This document shows positions 30,546-40,204 of a stretch of DNA of 64,000 nucleotides, in pieces. Within the stretch, counting starts at the first letter, position 1, and every line of letters starts with the position of its first letter. Position numbers and translations under genes: made by a program. The notes below the pieces were generated by a model that was not told the DNA's origin, did not search any database, and saw nothing but the letters and a program-made list of their open reading frames with translations. Source of the stretch: Bacteroidota bacterium (lineage in GTDB: Bacteria; Bacteroidota; Ignavibacteria; UBA10030; SZUA-254); the NCBI GenBank assembly GCA_035635475.1, contig DASQAZ010000117.1, positions 21,988 to 85,987 of the forward strand, given 5' to 3'.

Positions 30546-31214
30546 ATGGCAATCGTCTCGATACAGAAGCTTTCCAAGTCATACTGGCGTGACTCGCATG
30601 AGATTCCGGTTCTCCGGGATATCTCATTTGAAATCCCGGAAGGAGATTTTCTCGGACTGATGGGCCCGTCGGGTTCGGGGAAAACGACGTTGTTGAATCT
30701 GATCGCGGGCATCGATAAGCCCACGGCTGGAAGAATCGATGTTGCCGGAACGGACATTAGCACGATGAGCGAATCCGCTCTTGCTGGCTGGAGGGCCAGG
30801 CACATCGGATTCGTTTTTCAATTTTATAACCTGTTGCCGGTCCTCACCGCCCGCGAAAATGTCGAACTCCCCCTCTTCCTCTCCAAACTTTCGAAGAAGG
30901 AAAGAAAAGAACATGTGGAGTTCGCGTTGAAGGTTGTCGGCCTCGAGGAGCGGATGAACCATTATCCGAAACAGCTTTCGGGCGGCCAGGAGCAGCGCGT
31001 CGCAATCGCACGGGCGATCGTTACCGACCCGACGCTCCTGGTAGCAGACGAGCCAACCGGGGACCTCGACAAGAGCTCGGCCGAAGAGATTCTAAAGCTT
31101 CTCGAACGGCTCAACTCGGAATTTAAGAAAACCGTCGTCATGGTCACTCACGACCCTCGCGCCGCGGAACGCGCACACTCGGTGCGGCATCTGGATAAGG
31201 GAGAGCTATCGTAG
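30546..31214 (+). CDS. ABC transporter ATP-binding protein (MacB/LolD-type)
   Basis: Walker [10 protein letters not shown], signature [14 protein letters not shown], Walker [13 protein letters not shown]. Confidence 0.85.
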   Translation: MAIVSIQKLSKSYWRDSHEIPVLRDISFEIPEGDFLGLMGPSGSGKTTLLNLIAGIDKPTAGRIDVAGTDISTMSESALAGWRARHIGFVFQFYNLLPVLTARENVELPLFLSKLSKKERKEHVEFALKVVGLEERMNHYPKQLSGGQEQRVAIARAIVTDPTLLVADEPTGDLDKSSAEEILKLLERLNSEFKKTVVMVTHDPRAAERAHSVRHLDKGELS

Positions 31215-31217
31215 AAC

Positions 31218-32378
31218 ATGTATATCCTTAAGCTCATACTTCGAAACGCCCTTCGTCACAAGCTTCGGACCTTGCTGACGATCGTGGGGATCGCCATTGC
31301 GGTCCTGGCATTCGGCATCATGAGAACCGTCGTTACATCCTGGTATTCAGGAGTGGAGTCGTCCCAGGCCAACCGCATGCTCACCGTGCACAAGGTCTCG
31401 TTCATCTTCGATCTCCCCCTTGCGTATCGTGACCGGATCACGAAGGTCCCGGGCGTGAAAAAGGTTTCGTTCGCAAATTGGTTCCAGGGTATCTATATCG
31501 ATAAGAACCAATTCTTCGCCCGCCTGGCCGTGGATCCGGAGACAATCTGGGATGTCTCTCCCGAGTTCGTCGTCTCCGATTCCGTCAAGGAAGCCCTGAA
31601 GAAACAGCGAAACGCCTGCGTGATCGGCGCAAAGCTGGAACACGATTACAATCTGCACGTGGGGGACCTCATGAGTATCGAAGGGGACATTTATCCCGGA
31701 AAATGGCAGATGCAGATCGTCGGGGTCTACCACGGCAAAGATCAGACCGTGGACGAAACGCAGATGCTCTTCAACTGGCATTATCTTGATGAAGAGCTCA
31801 AACAGAACGAGCCCGGGCGGGATGGGCATGTTGGATGGTATATTCTACAAATAGAGAATCCCAACGACCGCGCGAGGATCTCGGCGGCAGTCGACGATCT
31901 CTTCACAAATTCATCGGCGGAGACGAAAACGCAGACGGAAAAAGAATTTCAGCAGAGCTTCGTATCGATGTCAGGAGCAATCCTGACGGCCATCAACGTC
32001 GTCGCGTTTGTCATTATCGGCATCATCCTTCTCGTCCTGTCGAATACGATGGCGATGACCGCCCGGGAACGGATCGGCGAATATGCGGTGATGCGGACAC
32101 TGGGATTTTCCACAAGAAATATTTCCCAGCTGGTCGCCGGCGAATCGCTCCTGATTTCGCTTCTCGGCGGCCTTATCGGCCTGGCGGTTACCTTTCCGTT
32201 ATGTGCCGCCATTCAGAAAATCGTACCCACCGGGTGGTTCCCCGTGTTTAACGTCGAAACCGCCACGGTCGTCCTCGCCTTTGGATCGGCAATCGCCGCG
32301 GGGGTGATTGCGGCCGCATTCCCGATCAGCCGCGCCATCGGAATGAGGATCGTCGACGGTTTGCGGCACATCGGTTGA
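31218..32378 (+). CDS. ABC transporter permease, FtsX/MacB-like
   Basis: N-terminal TM, large periplasmic domain, and a C-terminal FtsX 3-TM bundle. Confidence 0.8.
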   Translation: MYILKLILRNALRHKLRTLLTIVGIAIAVLAFGIMRTVVTSWYSGVESSQANRMLTVHKVSFIFDLPLAYRDRITKVPGVKKVSFANWFQGIYIDKNQFFARLAVDPETIWDVSPEFVVSDSVKEALKKQRNACVIGAKLEHDYNLHVGDLMSIEGDIYPGKWQMQIVGVYHGKDQTVDETQMLFNWHYLDEELKQNEPGRDGHVGWYILQIENPNDRARISAAVDDLFTNSSAETKTQTEKEFQQSFVSMSGAILTAINVVAFVIIGIILLVLSNTMAMTARERIGEYAVMRTLGFSTRNISQLVAGESLLISLLGGLIGLAVTFPLCAAIQKIVPTGWFPVFNVETATVVLAFGSAIAAGVIAAAFPISRAIGMRIVDGLRHIG

Positions 32379-33553
32379 CCGCGATGAAAATTCCCTTTTC
32401 GTATATCATAAGAAGTATGTGGACGCGCCGGCTCACCACGGTGCTCACGACCGGGGGCATTGCGCTGGTCGCCTTCGTATTCGCCGCGGTGCTGATGATG
32501 GCGTACGGTTTGGAAAAGACCCTGGTCGACACCGGATCGGACCATAATCTGATCATCCTGCGAAAATCCGCCTCGGCGGAGTTGCAGAGCCAGCTGGACC
32601 GGAATGCGGCGAACGTCATCAAGACACAGCCCGAAATTGCGATGGACGCCGAGGGCAAGCCGCTCGCCACAAACGAACTCTTCACGATCATCAATCTGTT
32701 GAAAAAGGAAGGCGGAGCGATGGGGAACATAACGGTCAGGGGGGTGACACCGCAGTCGATGAAACTCCGGCCACAGATCTCGCTCATCGAGGGACGCATG
32801 TTCACTCCCGGCACCTCCGAGATTATCGTGGGATCCAACATCGCCCAACGGTTCGAGGGATGCTCGGTCGGACAGAAGTTGAAATTCGGCGGAGGCCTGT
32901 GGACGATTGTCGGAATTTTCGACGGGCACGGAACGGGATTCAGCTCCGAAATCTGGGGAGATGTGGAGCAGATGCTGCCCGCGTTCGGCCGTCCGGTTTT
33001 CTCTTCCGTCACACTCGAGCTCAAGGATCGCGACGGTTACAACGCCCTGAAGGCAAGAATCGAAGGCGATCCGCGTCTCAACTATCTGGAAGTTGACAGG
33101 GAAAAGGATTACTACCAGAAGCAATCCCAGGCAATGGCGACGTTCATCACGATACTTGGCATCGTCGTCACCGTGATTTTCAGCGTTGGAGCTGTTGTCG
33201 GAGCCATGATCACGATGTACGCCGCCGTCGCGAACCGCACAATTGAAATCGGCACCATGCGCGCTTTGGGATTCCGCCGCAGGAGTATCCTTGCCGCATT
33301 TCTAGTAGAAGGGCTTCTGATCTCCCTCATTGGCGCTGCGATCGGATTATTTGCCGCCTCATTCCTGCAGTTGTTCATCATCTCGACGCTAAATTTCGGA
33401 ACGTTCACGGAGCTTGCTTTCGGCTTCAGTCTCTCCCCCTCCGTCATACGCAACACATTCATCTTCGCCGTGGTCATGGGAATTGTCGGAGGTTTTCTTC
33501 CCGCAGTACGCGCGTCGCGCCTGAATATCGTCAACGCCCTGAGGGCGTCCTGA
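32375..33553 (+). CDS. ABC transporter permease, FtsX/MacB-like (second copy)
   Basis: Same architecture as the upstream permease. 4-bp overlap. Confidence 0.8.
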   Translation: MTAMKIPFSYIIRSMWTRRLTTVLTTGGIALVAFVFAAVLMMAYGLEKTLVDTGSDHNLIILRKSASAELQSQLDRNAANVIKTQPEIAMDAEGKPLATNELFTIINLLKKEGGAMGNITVRGVTPQSMKLRPQISLIEGRMFTPGTSEIIVGSNIAQRFEGCSVGQKLKFGGGLWTIVGIFDGHGTGFSSEIWGDVEQMLPAFGRPVFSSVTLELKDRDGYNALKARIEGDPRLNYLEVDREKDYYQKQSQAMATFITILGIVVTVIFSVGAVVGAMITMYAAVANRTIEIGTMRALGFRRRSILAAFLVEGLLISLIGAAIGLFAASFLQLFIISTLNFGTFTELAFGFSLSPSVIRNTFIFAVVMGIVGGFLPAVRASRLNIVNALRAS

Positions 33554-33591
33554 GAAGCCGCCTTCTTGCTTCGCTCGTCTTTCTCTTTCTC

Positions 33592-34017
33592 TTGCTCCTC
33601 GGCGGCGCCCCGCTGCTGAGCCAGGACCGCGGCTTCGGCCTGGGCATCATCATCGGTGAGCCGACCGGGATCAGCTTCAAGGGATGGGTAAACGAGAGGA
33701 ATGCCATTGACGGCGGCCTCGCGTGGTCGTTCACCCGGAATGGCTCCGTCCACGTGCACGCCGATTACCTCTGGCATTCGTTCCGCGTCTTCCAGACGCA
33801 GGAGAGAATACCCATCTATTATGGCATCGGCGGAAGAATCAGGACAGGCCACAACGAGGAGGCACAACTCGGGGTACGGGTGCCTGTCGGCATCGGATAC
33901 CTGTTCAAAGATGCGCCGGTGGATCTGTTTTTCGAAATCGCCCCGATCGTCGACCTCGCCCCCAAAACCGAGCTCGAGGCCAATGCCGGATTGGGCGCAA
34001 GATTCTGGTTCCCGTAA
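33592..34017 (+). CDS. small outer-membrane β-barrel protein
   Basis: Amphipathic β-strand pattern with C-terminal ...GARFWFP. Coordinates use the first canonical (TTG) start, but a complete signal peptide (RSRLLASLVFLFLLLLGGAPLLSQ) is encoded in frame upstream. The true start may be CTG at 33550. Confidence 0.45.
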   Translation: MLLGGAPLLSQDRGFGLGIIIGEPTGISFKGWVNERNAIDGGLAWSFTRNGSVHVHADYLWHSFRVFQTQERIPIYYGIGGRIRTGHNEEAQLGVRVPVGIGYLFKDAPVDLFFEIAPIVDLAPKTELEANAGLGARFWFP

Positions 34018-34118
34018 CAATTGCACCGCTCGCAGCGGATTTCTATTGCCTGGCACCGCACTTTTTCGTATATTGTACTCACTTCGAGCTGAAAAACCCC
34101 TAGACTCTGAGGAATTCA

Positions 34119-34310
34119 ATGGCAAAAGTATGTGACGTGTGCGGAAAAAAGCCGGTCAGCGGCAATAACATTAGCCATGCCCACAATAAGACGCGGCGCC
34201 GGTGGCTCCCGAACCTTCGGAGCGTCCGGGCGCTGATCGATGGACGAGTCCATCGCATGCGCGTGTGTACGACCTGCATCAAGCAAGGCCGCGTCGTAAA
34301 GGCCGCGTAG
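34119..34310 (+). CDS. rpmB: 50S ribosomal protein L28
   Basis: [33 protein letters not shown] is the canonical L28 N-terminus. Confidence 0.9.
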   Translation: MAKVCDVCGKKPVSGNNISHAHNKTRRRWLPNLRSVRALIDGRVHRMRVCTTCIKQGRVVKAA

Positions 34311-34384
34311 GCCCTCCCGGCGGGAGGGGAGCGGCATGGCCGCGCCAAGACCTCCGCGCTTCGCCGGTCTTCAACGAAGAGAAT

Positions 34385-34999
34385 ATGTCCATCCCGAATT
34401 CGCTGACGGTTCTTCGGATCCTCCTCACCCCGCTCTTCCTCATCCTGCTCTTTTCAGAGTCCTCATTTCTTAAACAGCTTGCCCTTCTCGTCTATATCGT
34501 CGCTGCCCTGACCGACTGGTACGACGGCCGCGTTGCAAGGCAATACGGAAACGTCTCCCGGTGGGGGAAATTTCTCGATCCTTTGGCCGACAAAATTCTT
34601 GCCGCTGCAGCACTTTTCTCTTTTGTCTTCCTCCGGCTCGTGGACGCCTGGATGGTCTGGATCATTGTTGCCCGTGACGCTCTGATCACGAGCCTGCGGA
34701 GCTACGCCGAGTGGAAGAATGAGCCGATTGTCACCTCCAAGACGGCGCAGGCCAAAACGTTCGGCGAGTTTACGATCATCTATTACATCCTCATTGTGTA
34801 TGTTGCAAGCCAGATCGGTTTCATCGAACATCGTCTGGACAATTTGCTCGCAACGCTGCTGGACAAACGGGTCCTGTTCGGCATGATGCTCCTCGTAACG
34901 CTCTCCTCCATCGGAACGGCCGTGATGTATCTCTTTGACAACAGAAAATTCCTGCGCGAACTGTATGCAAGATACTTCGGCGCGGCAGGATCGGGCTGA
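34385..34999 (+). CDS. pgsA: CDP-diacylglycerol--glycerol-3-phosphate 3-phosphatidyltransferase
   Basis: CDP-alcohol phosphatidyltransferase motif DWYDGRVAR...G...DPLADK. Start at internal Met (MSIPNSLTVLRILLTP). The ORF track begins 61 codons earlier with an Arg/Pro-rich non-protein-like extension. Confidence 0.85.
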   Translation: MSIPNSLTVLRILLTPLFLILLFSESSFLKQLALLVYIVAALTDWYDGRVARQYGNVSRWGKFLDPLADKILAAAALFSFVFLRLVDAWMVWIIVARDALITSLRSYAEWKNEPIVTSKTAQAKTFGEFTIIYYILIVYVASQIGFIEHRLDNLLATLLDKRVLFGMMLLVTLSSIGTAVMYLFDNRKFLRELYARYFGAAGSG

Positions 35000-35456
35000 C
35001 CGGGGCCCGGCTTCCTTCCCCATCCGTCTCGTCGCGACAGGTTTATTCTCCGGGTATTCCCCCATCGCACCCGGGACTGCCGGCAGCCTCCTCGGCGTCG
35101 CCCTCTATTTAATCCCCGGATTCGAAGCCGATGCGGTTCTTGCTATAGCGATCATCGTCACATTTCTCCTCGGCGTCTATGCCTCTGCACAAATGGAGAA
35201 CGAGCTCGGCGAAGACCCGCCCGTCGTCGTGATCGATGAGGTCGTTGGGATGTGGATCTCCCTCCTTCTCCTGCCAAAAACTGTATGGGTTGTCTCGCTT
35301 TCGTTTCTCTTATTCCGCGCATTCGACATTCTCAAACCTCCTCCCGCACGCCGGCTCGAGCAGTATCGGCATGGATGGGGAATCATGCTTGATGATGTCG
35401 CGGCGGGGGTCTATGCCAATGTCGCGGCGAGGTTCGTGCTGCTCCTCTTCCGATGA
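34965..35456 (+). CDS. pgpA: phosphatidylglycerophosphatase A
   Basis: PgpA N-terminal motif LVATGLFSGYSPIAPGTAGSL. Start is ambiguous (ATG 34935 or 34965). It overlaps the pgsA 3' end. Confidence 0.7.
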   Translation: MQDTSARQDRADRGPASFPIRLVATGLFSGYSPIAPGTAGSLLGVALYLIPGFEADAVLAIAIIVTFLLGVYASAQMENELGEDPPVVVIDEVVGMWISLLLLPKTVWVVSLSFLLFRAFDILKPPPARRLEQYRHGWGIMLDDVAAGVYANVAARFVLLLFR

Positions 35457-36697
35457 GAAGCATCATCATAACGATCGGCGATGAGCTTTTGATCGGTCAG
35501 GTCATGAACACCAATGCCTCGTTCATCGCAGAAAAACTCACCGCCGCGGGTGTCGAGGTTTGCCGCATGCTCACCGTGTCGGACGATGAGCCGGAGATCG
35601 TGAAAGCGTTCGAGGAGGCGCTTCCCCGGTACGACCTTACCATTGCCACCGGCGGCCTGGGGCCGACGCATGACGATGTCACGAAGAAGGCGGTGTGCCG
35701 GTTTTTCGGTGTTGATCTCGTCCCGAGCCCGGAAGTTCGAAGGACGATCGAGGAATTCCTGCTCCAGCGGAATATTCCCTGGTCGCAGGCGGCGGAAGAG
35801 CAAACTCTGGTGCCCCGCGGAGCGGTGATCATCCCAAACCGCCGGGGTACGGCGCCCGGCGAACTCATCGAGCGGGATCATCGCCATCTCGTCGTCCTGC
35901 CCGGCGTTCCCCACGAGATGGAAGGCATGGTGGAAGAGTTCGTTGTCCCGTTTGTGAAGGAGAGGTCTTCGGGGCAGGTGATTCTCAATCGAACGCTGAA
36001 AACAACAGGCATTTCCGAGTCCGCGCTCGCGGAGCGGATCGGCGCGATCGATCAGCTCCTCGCGCGGGGAGAACGGCTCGCGTTTCTTCCGTCCGCATCC
36101 GGCGTTCGCATGCGCATCTCGGTAACAAACAGCGACCGGGCCGCTGCCGAACGGAGAATCAGCGAGATCGAATCCGTCATCCGTGCCCGCGTGGGGAAAT
36201 ATATCTACGGGGCCGACCAGGAGGAGCTGGAACAAGTGGTGGGCGCCATACTGCGGGAGCGAGGACTGAGAATTGCCGTGGCAGAATCGTGCACCGGAGG
36301 TTTAATCGCCGACAAGATCACGAATGTGCCGGGAAGCTCAGACTATTTCGAGCGCGGGGTCGTCGCCTACAGCAACGCCTCCAAAATTGACCTTCTCCAC
36401 GTGCCATCCCGGCTGATCAATCAGCACGGGGCGGTCAGCCAGGAGGTTGCCGAGGCGATGGCAACCGGCATTCGGACCGTTTCCGGCACCGACATCGGGC
36501 TCTCCACAACCGGAATCGCCGGGCCGGCGGGCGGTACGGAGGAAAAACCGGTGGGTCTGGTCTGGATCGGCTATTCCGACGTTTCACGGACAATTGCCGT
36601 CAAGTTTCAGTTCGGCCGTGAACGCCTTATAATTAAACAACGGGCCGCGCAAGCCTCTCTGGAGATGGTCAGAAGAAGGCTCCTCAAGATCAGGTAG
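35453..36697 (+). CDS. cinA: competence/damage-inducible protein CinA (MoCF-binding domain + C-terminal PncC NMN-deamidase domain)
   Basis: MRSIIITIGDELLIGQVMNTNASFIAEKL N-terminus. C-terminal CinA_C region (AVAESCTGGLIADKITNVPGSS). Confidence 0.9.
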   Translation: MRSIIITIGDELLIGQVMNTNASFIAEKLTAAGVEVCRMLTVSDDEPEIVKAFEEALPRYDLTIATGGLGPTHDDVTKKAVCRFFGVDLVPSPEVRRTIEEFLLQRNIPWSQAAEEQTLVPRGAVIIPNRRGTAPGELIERDHRHLVVLPGVPHEMEGMVEEFVVPFVKERSSGQVILNRTLKTTGISESALAERIGAIDQLLARGERLAFLPSASGVRMRISVTNSDRAAAERRISEIESVIRARVGKYIYGADQEELEQVVGAILRERGLRIAVAESCTGGLIADKITNVPGSSDYFERGVVAYSNASKIDLLHVPSRLINQHGAVSQEVAEAMATGIRTVSGTDIGLSTTGIAGPAGGTEEKPVGLVWIGYSDVSRTIAVKFQFGRERLIIKQRAAQASLEMVRRRLLKIR

Positions 36698-36698
36698 A

Positions 36699-37265
36699 AT
36701 GGCGTCCGTTCGCACGTTCATCGCCTTCAACACACCCGAGGCTATCCGTCAATCGATCACGGCGTTACAATCGGAGCTACGGAAGTCCGGTGCTGATGTC
36801 CGCTGGGAGACGCCCGATACGTTTCACGTCACGATCAAGTTTCTCGGAAATGTGGATGAATCGCAACTCCCGGGGCTCACCCGGCAGATTCAATCGGCGT
36901 GCGAAAATTATCGATCCTTCGAGGTTTGGTACCGGGGGGCGGGGGGCTTCCCGGATCTGAAGCATCCGCGCGTGATCTGGCTGGGGTGCGAAAACGAGGA
37001 TGGAACGCTCGCCAAAATCAGAAGCTCGCTCGATGCCCTCTTGCTCCCGCACGGATTTGAGATTGAAGAGCGGCCCTTCCGCCCACACGTCACGCTCGGA
37101 CGAATCAGGAGTCCGAAGGGCTTGCATTACTTGACTCCAAAGCTGGAAAACCTTACCTTTGAGCCACAGATGGGAACGATTCGCGAAGTTCTCGTCGTGA
37201 AGAGCGTGTTGCGGCCTCAGGGAGCGGCGTACACCGTCTTATCGTCAATTCAACTTCAATCATAA
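36699..37265 (+). CDS. thpR: RNA 2',3'-cyclic phosphodiesterase (ThpR/LigT, 2H family)
   Basis: Two HxT/S-x motifs, HVTIKF and HVTLGR. Confidence 0.75.
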   Translation: MASVRTFIAFNTPEAIRQSITALQSELRKSGADVRWETPDTFHVTIKFLGNVDESQLPGLTRQIQSACENYRSFEVWYRGAGGFPDLKHPRVIWLGCENEDGTLAKIRSSLDALLLPHGFEIEERPFRPHVTLGRIRSPKGLHYLTPKLENLTFEPQMGTIREVLVVKSVLRPQGAAYTVLSSIQLQS

Positions 37266-37269
37266 CAGA

Positions 37270-37692
37270 ATGGCCTCAACACGTATGGGACTGCGAGCCA
37301 AAGGAAAGGCCAAGATCGTGCTCTTCATCGACGACGAAACGCCGTGGCTGAACATGATCAAGACCGCCGTTGAAAACGCACCGTTCGACATCATGACTGC
37401 CGACAGCGGGGAAGCCGCCCTAAGGAAAATCAAGCGGAAAAAGCCGGATTTAATTCTCAGCGATGTGCGGATGCCCGCCATGAACGGGTTCGACCTCTTT
37501 GAAAAAATCCGGAGCGATCCCCGTTACAGGAATGTCCCTTATGTTTTCATGTCCTCCATCGATGATTTTGACGCACGTCGAACCGCAAAGGAAATCGGTG
37601 CGGATGATTACGTGGAGAAACCGATCGACACCGAGCAGGTCGAGTCTATTGTCCTGAAGCTGTTGACGCGGTTCAAGGACAACAAGTCGTAA
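37270..37692 (+). CDS. single-domain response regulator (CheY-like receiver only)
   Basis: Receiver residues are intact: acidic pocket LFIDDETP, phospho-acceptor LILSDVRMP, conserved Lys in VEKP. No output domain. Confidence 0.75.
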   Translation: MASTRMGLRAKGKAKIVLFIDDETPWLNMIKTAVENAPFDIMTADSGEAALRKIKRKKPDLILSDVRMPAMNGFDLFEKIRSDPRYRNVPYVFMSSIDDFDARRTAKEIGADDYVEKPIDTEQVESIVLKLLTRFKDNKS

Positions 37693-37741
37693 GAATTAAG
37701 TCACGTGCCTCGACCATTCACTCATCGTTAAGGAGGGTATC

Positions 37742-38833
37742 ATGGCGGAAGAAATGACACAACGAGAATCGCGCATGCAAGCGCTCCGGATTGCGATCGA
37801 GCAGATCGAGAAGCAGCACGGTAAGGGAGCGATCATGAAGCTCGACGGGGGGCCGATCGCCAAAATCGAGGCAATTTCGACCGGCTCGATCTCCCTCGAC
37901 GGCGCGACCGGCATCGGCGGCATCCCGCGGGGCCGTGTCATCGAGGTGTTCGGCCCGGAGGCGTCGGGTAAGACGACGCTCTGCCTGCATGTTATCGCAG
38001 AAGCGCAGCGGAAGAGCGGCATCGCGGCGTTTATCGACACCGAACATGCACTCGATATCGCTTACGCAAAGAGACTCGGCGTCGACGTCAACAACTTGCT
38101 GCTCTCGCAGCCCGAGTACGGCGAACAGGCGCTGGAGATCGTGGAGACACTTGTAAGAAGCGGGGCGCTCGATGTCATCGTGATCGATTCCGTCGCCGCT
38201 CTCACTCCCCGCGCCGAAATTGAAGGCGAGATGGGCGATCCGACGATGGGAGTGCAGGCGCGGCTCATGTCGCAGGCGCTTCGGAAGCTTACGGCGGCAA
38301 TCAGCAAATCGAAAACATCGGTGATCTTCACCAACCAGCTGAGACAAAAAATCGGCATCATGTTCGGGAATCCGGAAACAACAACCGGAGGCAACGCACT
38401 GAAGTTTTATGCCTCGCTCCGGCTCGACGTCCGTCGCATCGAAGCAATCAAGGACGGACAGAACATTGTCGGGAATCGGGTAAAGGTCAAGGTTGTGAAG
38501 AATAAGGTCGCCCCGCCCTTCAAAGAGGCTCAATTTGATATTCTGTATAACGAGGGGATCTCAAAGCTCGGCGATCTGATCGATATTGCGGTCGACCATA
38601 ACGTGATCTCCAAGAGCGGTTCGTGGTTCGGCTATGGAAGCGAACGGATCGGCCAGGGGCGCGACGCTGTCAAGAAGTTCCTGCTCGACAACGAGAGGAT
38701 GGCGAAAGAGATCGATCTCGTGATGCGCAAGAAACTGGGCTTGATCGAGGAGGACGCTCAGCCAAAGCATGTCAAGCCGGAACCCGCGGCCCCCAGGCAC
38801 GAAATCGCGTTGAAAAAGCCGGCGAGGGTCTGA
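37742..38833 (+). CDS. recA: recombinase RecA
   Basis: Walker [11 protein letters not shown]. RecA loops L1/L2 ([36 protein letters not shown]). Confidence 0.95.
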   Translation: MAEEMTQRESRMQALRIAIEQIEKQHGKGAIMKLDGGPIAKIEAISTGSISLDGATGIGGIPRGRVIEVFGPEASGKTTLCLHVIAEAQRKSGIAAFIDTEHALDIAYAKRLGVDVNNLLLSQPEYGEQALEIVETLVRSGALDVIVIDSVAALTPRAEIEGEMGDPTMGVQARLMSQALRKLTAAISKSKTSVIFTNQLRQKIGIMFGNPETTTGGNALKFYASLRLDVRRIEAIKDGQNIVGNRVKVKVVKNKVAPPFKEAQFDILYNEGISKLGDLIDIAVDHNVISKSGSWFGYGSERIGQGRDAVKKFLLDNERMAKEIDLVMRKKLGLIEEDAQPKHVKPEPAAPRHEIALKKPARV

Positions 38834-38857
38834 CCCGCCGGGATCGGACCCTGCGTC

Positions 38858-39505
38858 ATGCTCGTTACAAAGATCGAATGGCAGAAACGGGATCCTCACC
38901 GCGTGAACCTGTTCATCGACGGTGAGTTTGCCTTCGGCCTCCAGGACGAGGTTCTGCTCCGCAGCGGGATCCGCAAGGGAGATCAGCTCTCGGAGGAAGA
39001 ACTGGAAACAATGCAGGCCTCCGGGGAATTTGCGCTTGCCAAACGACAAGCCCTGAGGATTCTCGCCCGCCGCCTCAGGAGCGAAGCCGAAATCAGGACA
39101 CACCTTCTCGAAAAAGAGTTCCATCCACGAACCGTCGACCGCGTCATTCTCAAACTCCGGGAGCTGCGCCTGGTGGACGACCTGCGCTTCGCGCGCGCGT
39201 GCGTCCACGACATGCGGCTGCGGAGAGCCCTGGGCCGCATCGCACTCGAGCGTCAGCTTCGATTAAAGGGCGTTCCGCGATCGACGATCATGGAGGTGCT
39301 TGGCGAAGTCGGAGGACGGGAAGACGATGCTGCAATCGCGCTCCAGGCGGTAACCAAGCTTCTGAAACGCTATAGCACATCCCGAAAGAAGCTTTTGCCC
39401 GAGCAGCAGCGCGCACGGGCGATTCAGTTCCTTGCACGGCGGGGCTTCGACGGCGAGACGATCTCCCGGGTGATAACGAGAGCGACGCGGGAGGACCGTT
39501 CGTGA
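38858..39505 (+). CDS. recX: recombination regulator RecX
   Basis: RecX three-repeat helical architecture. It lies immediately downstream of recA. Confidence 0.8.
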   Translation: MLVTKIEWQKRDPHRVNLFIDGEFAFGLQDEVLLRSGIRKGDQLSEEELETMQASGEFALAKRQALRILARRLRSEAEIRTHLLEKEFHPRTVDRVILKLRELRLVDDLRFARACVHDMRLRRALGRIALERQLRLKGVPRSTIMEVLGEVGGREDDAAIALQAVTKLLKRYSTSRKKLLPEQQRARAIQFLARRGFDGETISRVITRATREDRS

Positions 39506-39529
39506 GGCGGGGGAGGAACAACGGCGCGC

Positions 39530-40195
39530 ATCATTTTTGATATCGAAACACTCGGCCTGCCGATCGAATCGTTCGACGAAGCGCGCCGGGCCTACCTGTT
39601 GAAGTCAGCGGAGACACAACACGCGAGGGAAACCGAGGTCCAGAAGCTGAGCCTCAGTCCGCTGACGGCCCAGATCGTCGCGATCGGCATGCTGAATCCC
39701 GACACCATGGCGGGGAAAGTTCTGTACCAATCGGCAAAACAAGAGCAGTCCGGGCCTGACGAGCGCAACATCGAGTACCACGCCGGCACTGAAGAGCAGA
39801 TCGTGCGCCAATTCTGGGATGACGTGAGGCACTACGATCAGTTTATCACTTTTAATGGCCGGAGCTTCGACTGTCCGTTTCTGATGATTCGGTCTGCCAT
39901 GCTGTCGATTCCGCCTACGCGCAGTCTCATGCCCTACCGGTACGACTCATCGACTCACTGCGATTTACTCGATCAGTTGACATTTTACGGGGCCGTCCGC
40001 CGCTTCAATCTCGATTTCTACTGCAAGTCGTTCGGGATCAAGAGCCCGAAAAGCGAAGGCGTCTCCGGCCTCGACATCGGTCCGATGTTTCGTGAAGGCA
40101 AGTTCAAGGAGATCGCACAGTACTGCGCAGGCGATGTGATCGCCACGGCGGAGCTGTTCAGGAAGTGGGATGCGTTCATTAATATCAAAGCCTAG
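39530..40195 (+). CDS. 3'-5' exonuclease, PolB-exonuclease-like RNase-H fold (DNA_pol_B_exo2/YprB-like)
   Basis: Exo I IIFDIETLGLP, Exo II ITFNGRSFDCPFL, Exo III YCAGDVIATAELF. The first canonical start (TTG 39599) lies downstream of Exo I. The frame is open from the recX stop (39506) with GGGGGAGG immediately upstream, so initiation is probably at ATC/ATT 39530/39533 or the sequence contains an error. Confidence 0.7.
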   Translation: MIFDIETLGLPIESFDEARRAYLLKSAETQHARETEVQKLSLSPLTAQIVAIGMLNPDTMAGKVLYQSAKQEQSGPDERNIEYHAGTEEQIVRQFWDDVRHYDQFITFNGRSFDCPFLMIRSAMLSIPPTRSLMPYRYDSSTHCDLLDQLTFYGAVRRFNLDFYCKSFGIKSPKSEGVSGLDIGPMFREGKFKEIAQYCAGDVIATAELFRKWDAFINIKA

Positions 40196-40204
40196 CTCCT
40201 GGCG

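Noticed and set aside
32213-34125. Minus-strand ORFs 32213..33124, 32326..33024 and 33112..34125
   Set aside because: Antisense to the FtsX permease and small OMP genes. No motifs.
35411-36235. 274-aa minus-strand ORF
   Set aside because: Antisense to cinA, which is unambiguous.
37718-39208. Minus-strand ORFs 37718..38533 and 38561..39208
   Set aside because: Antisense to recA and recX.
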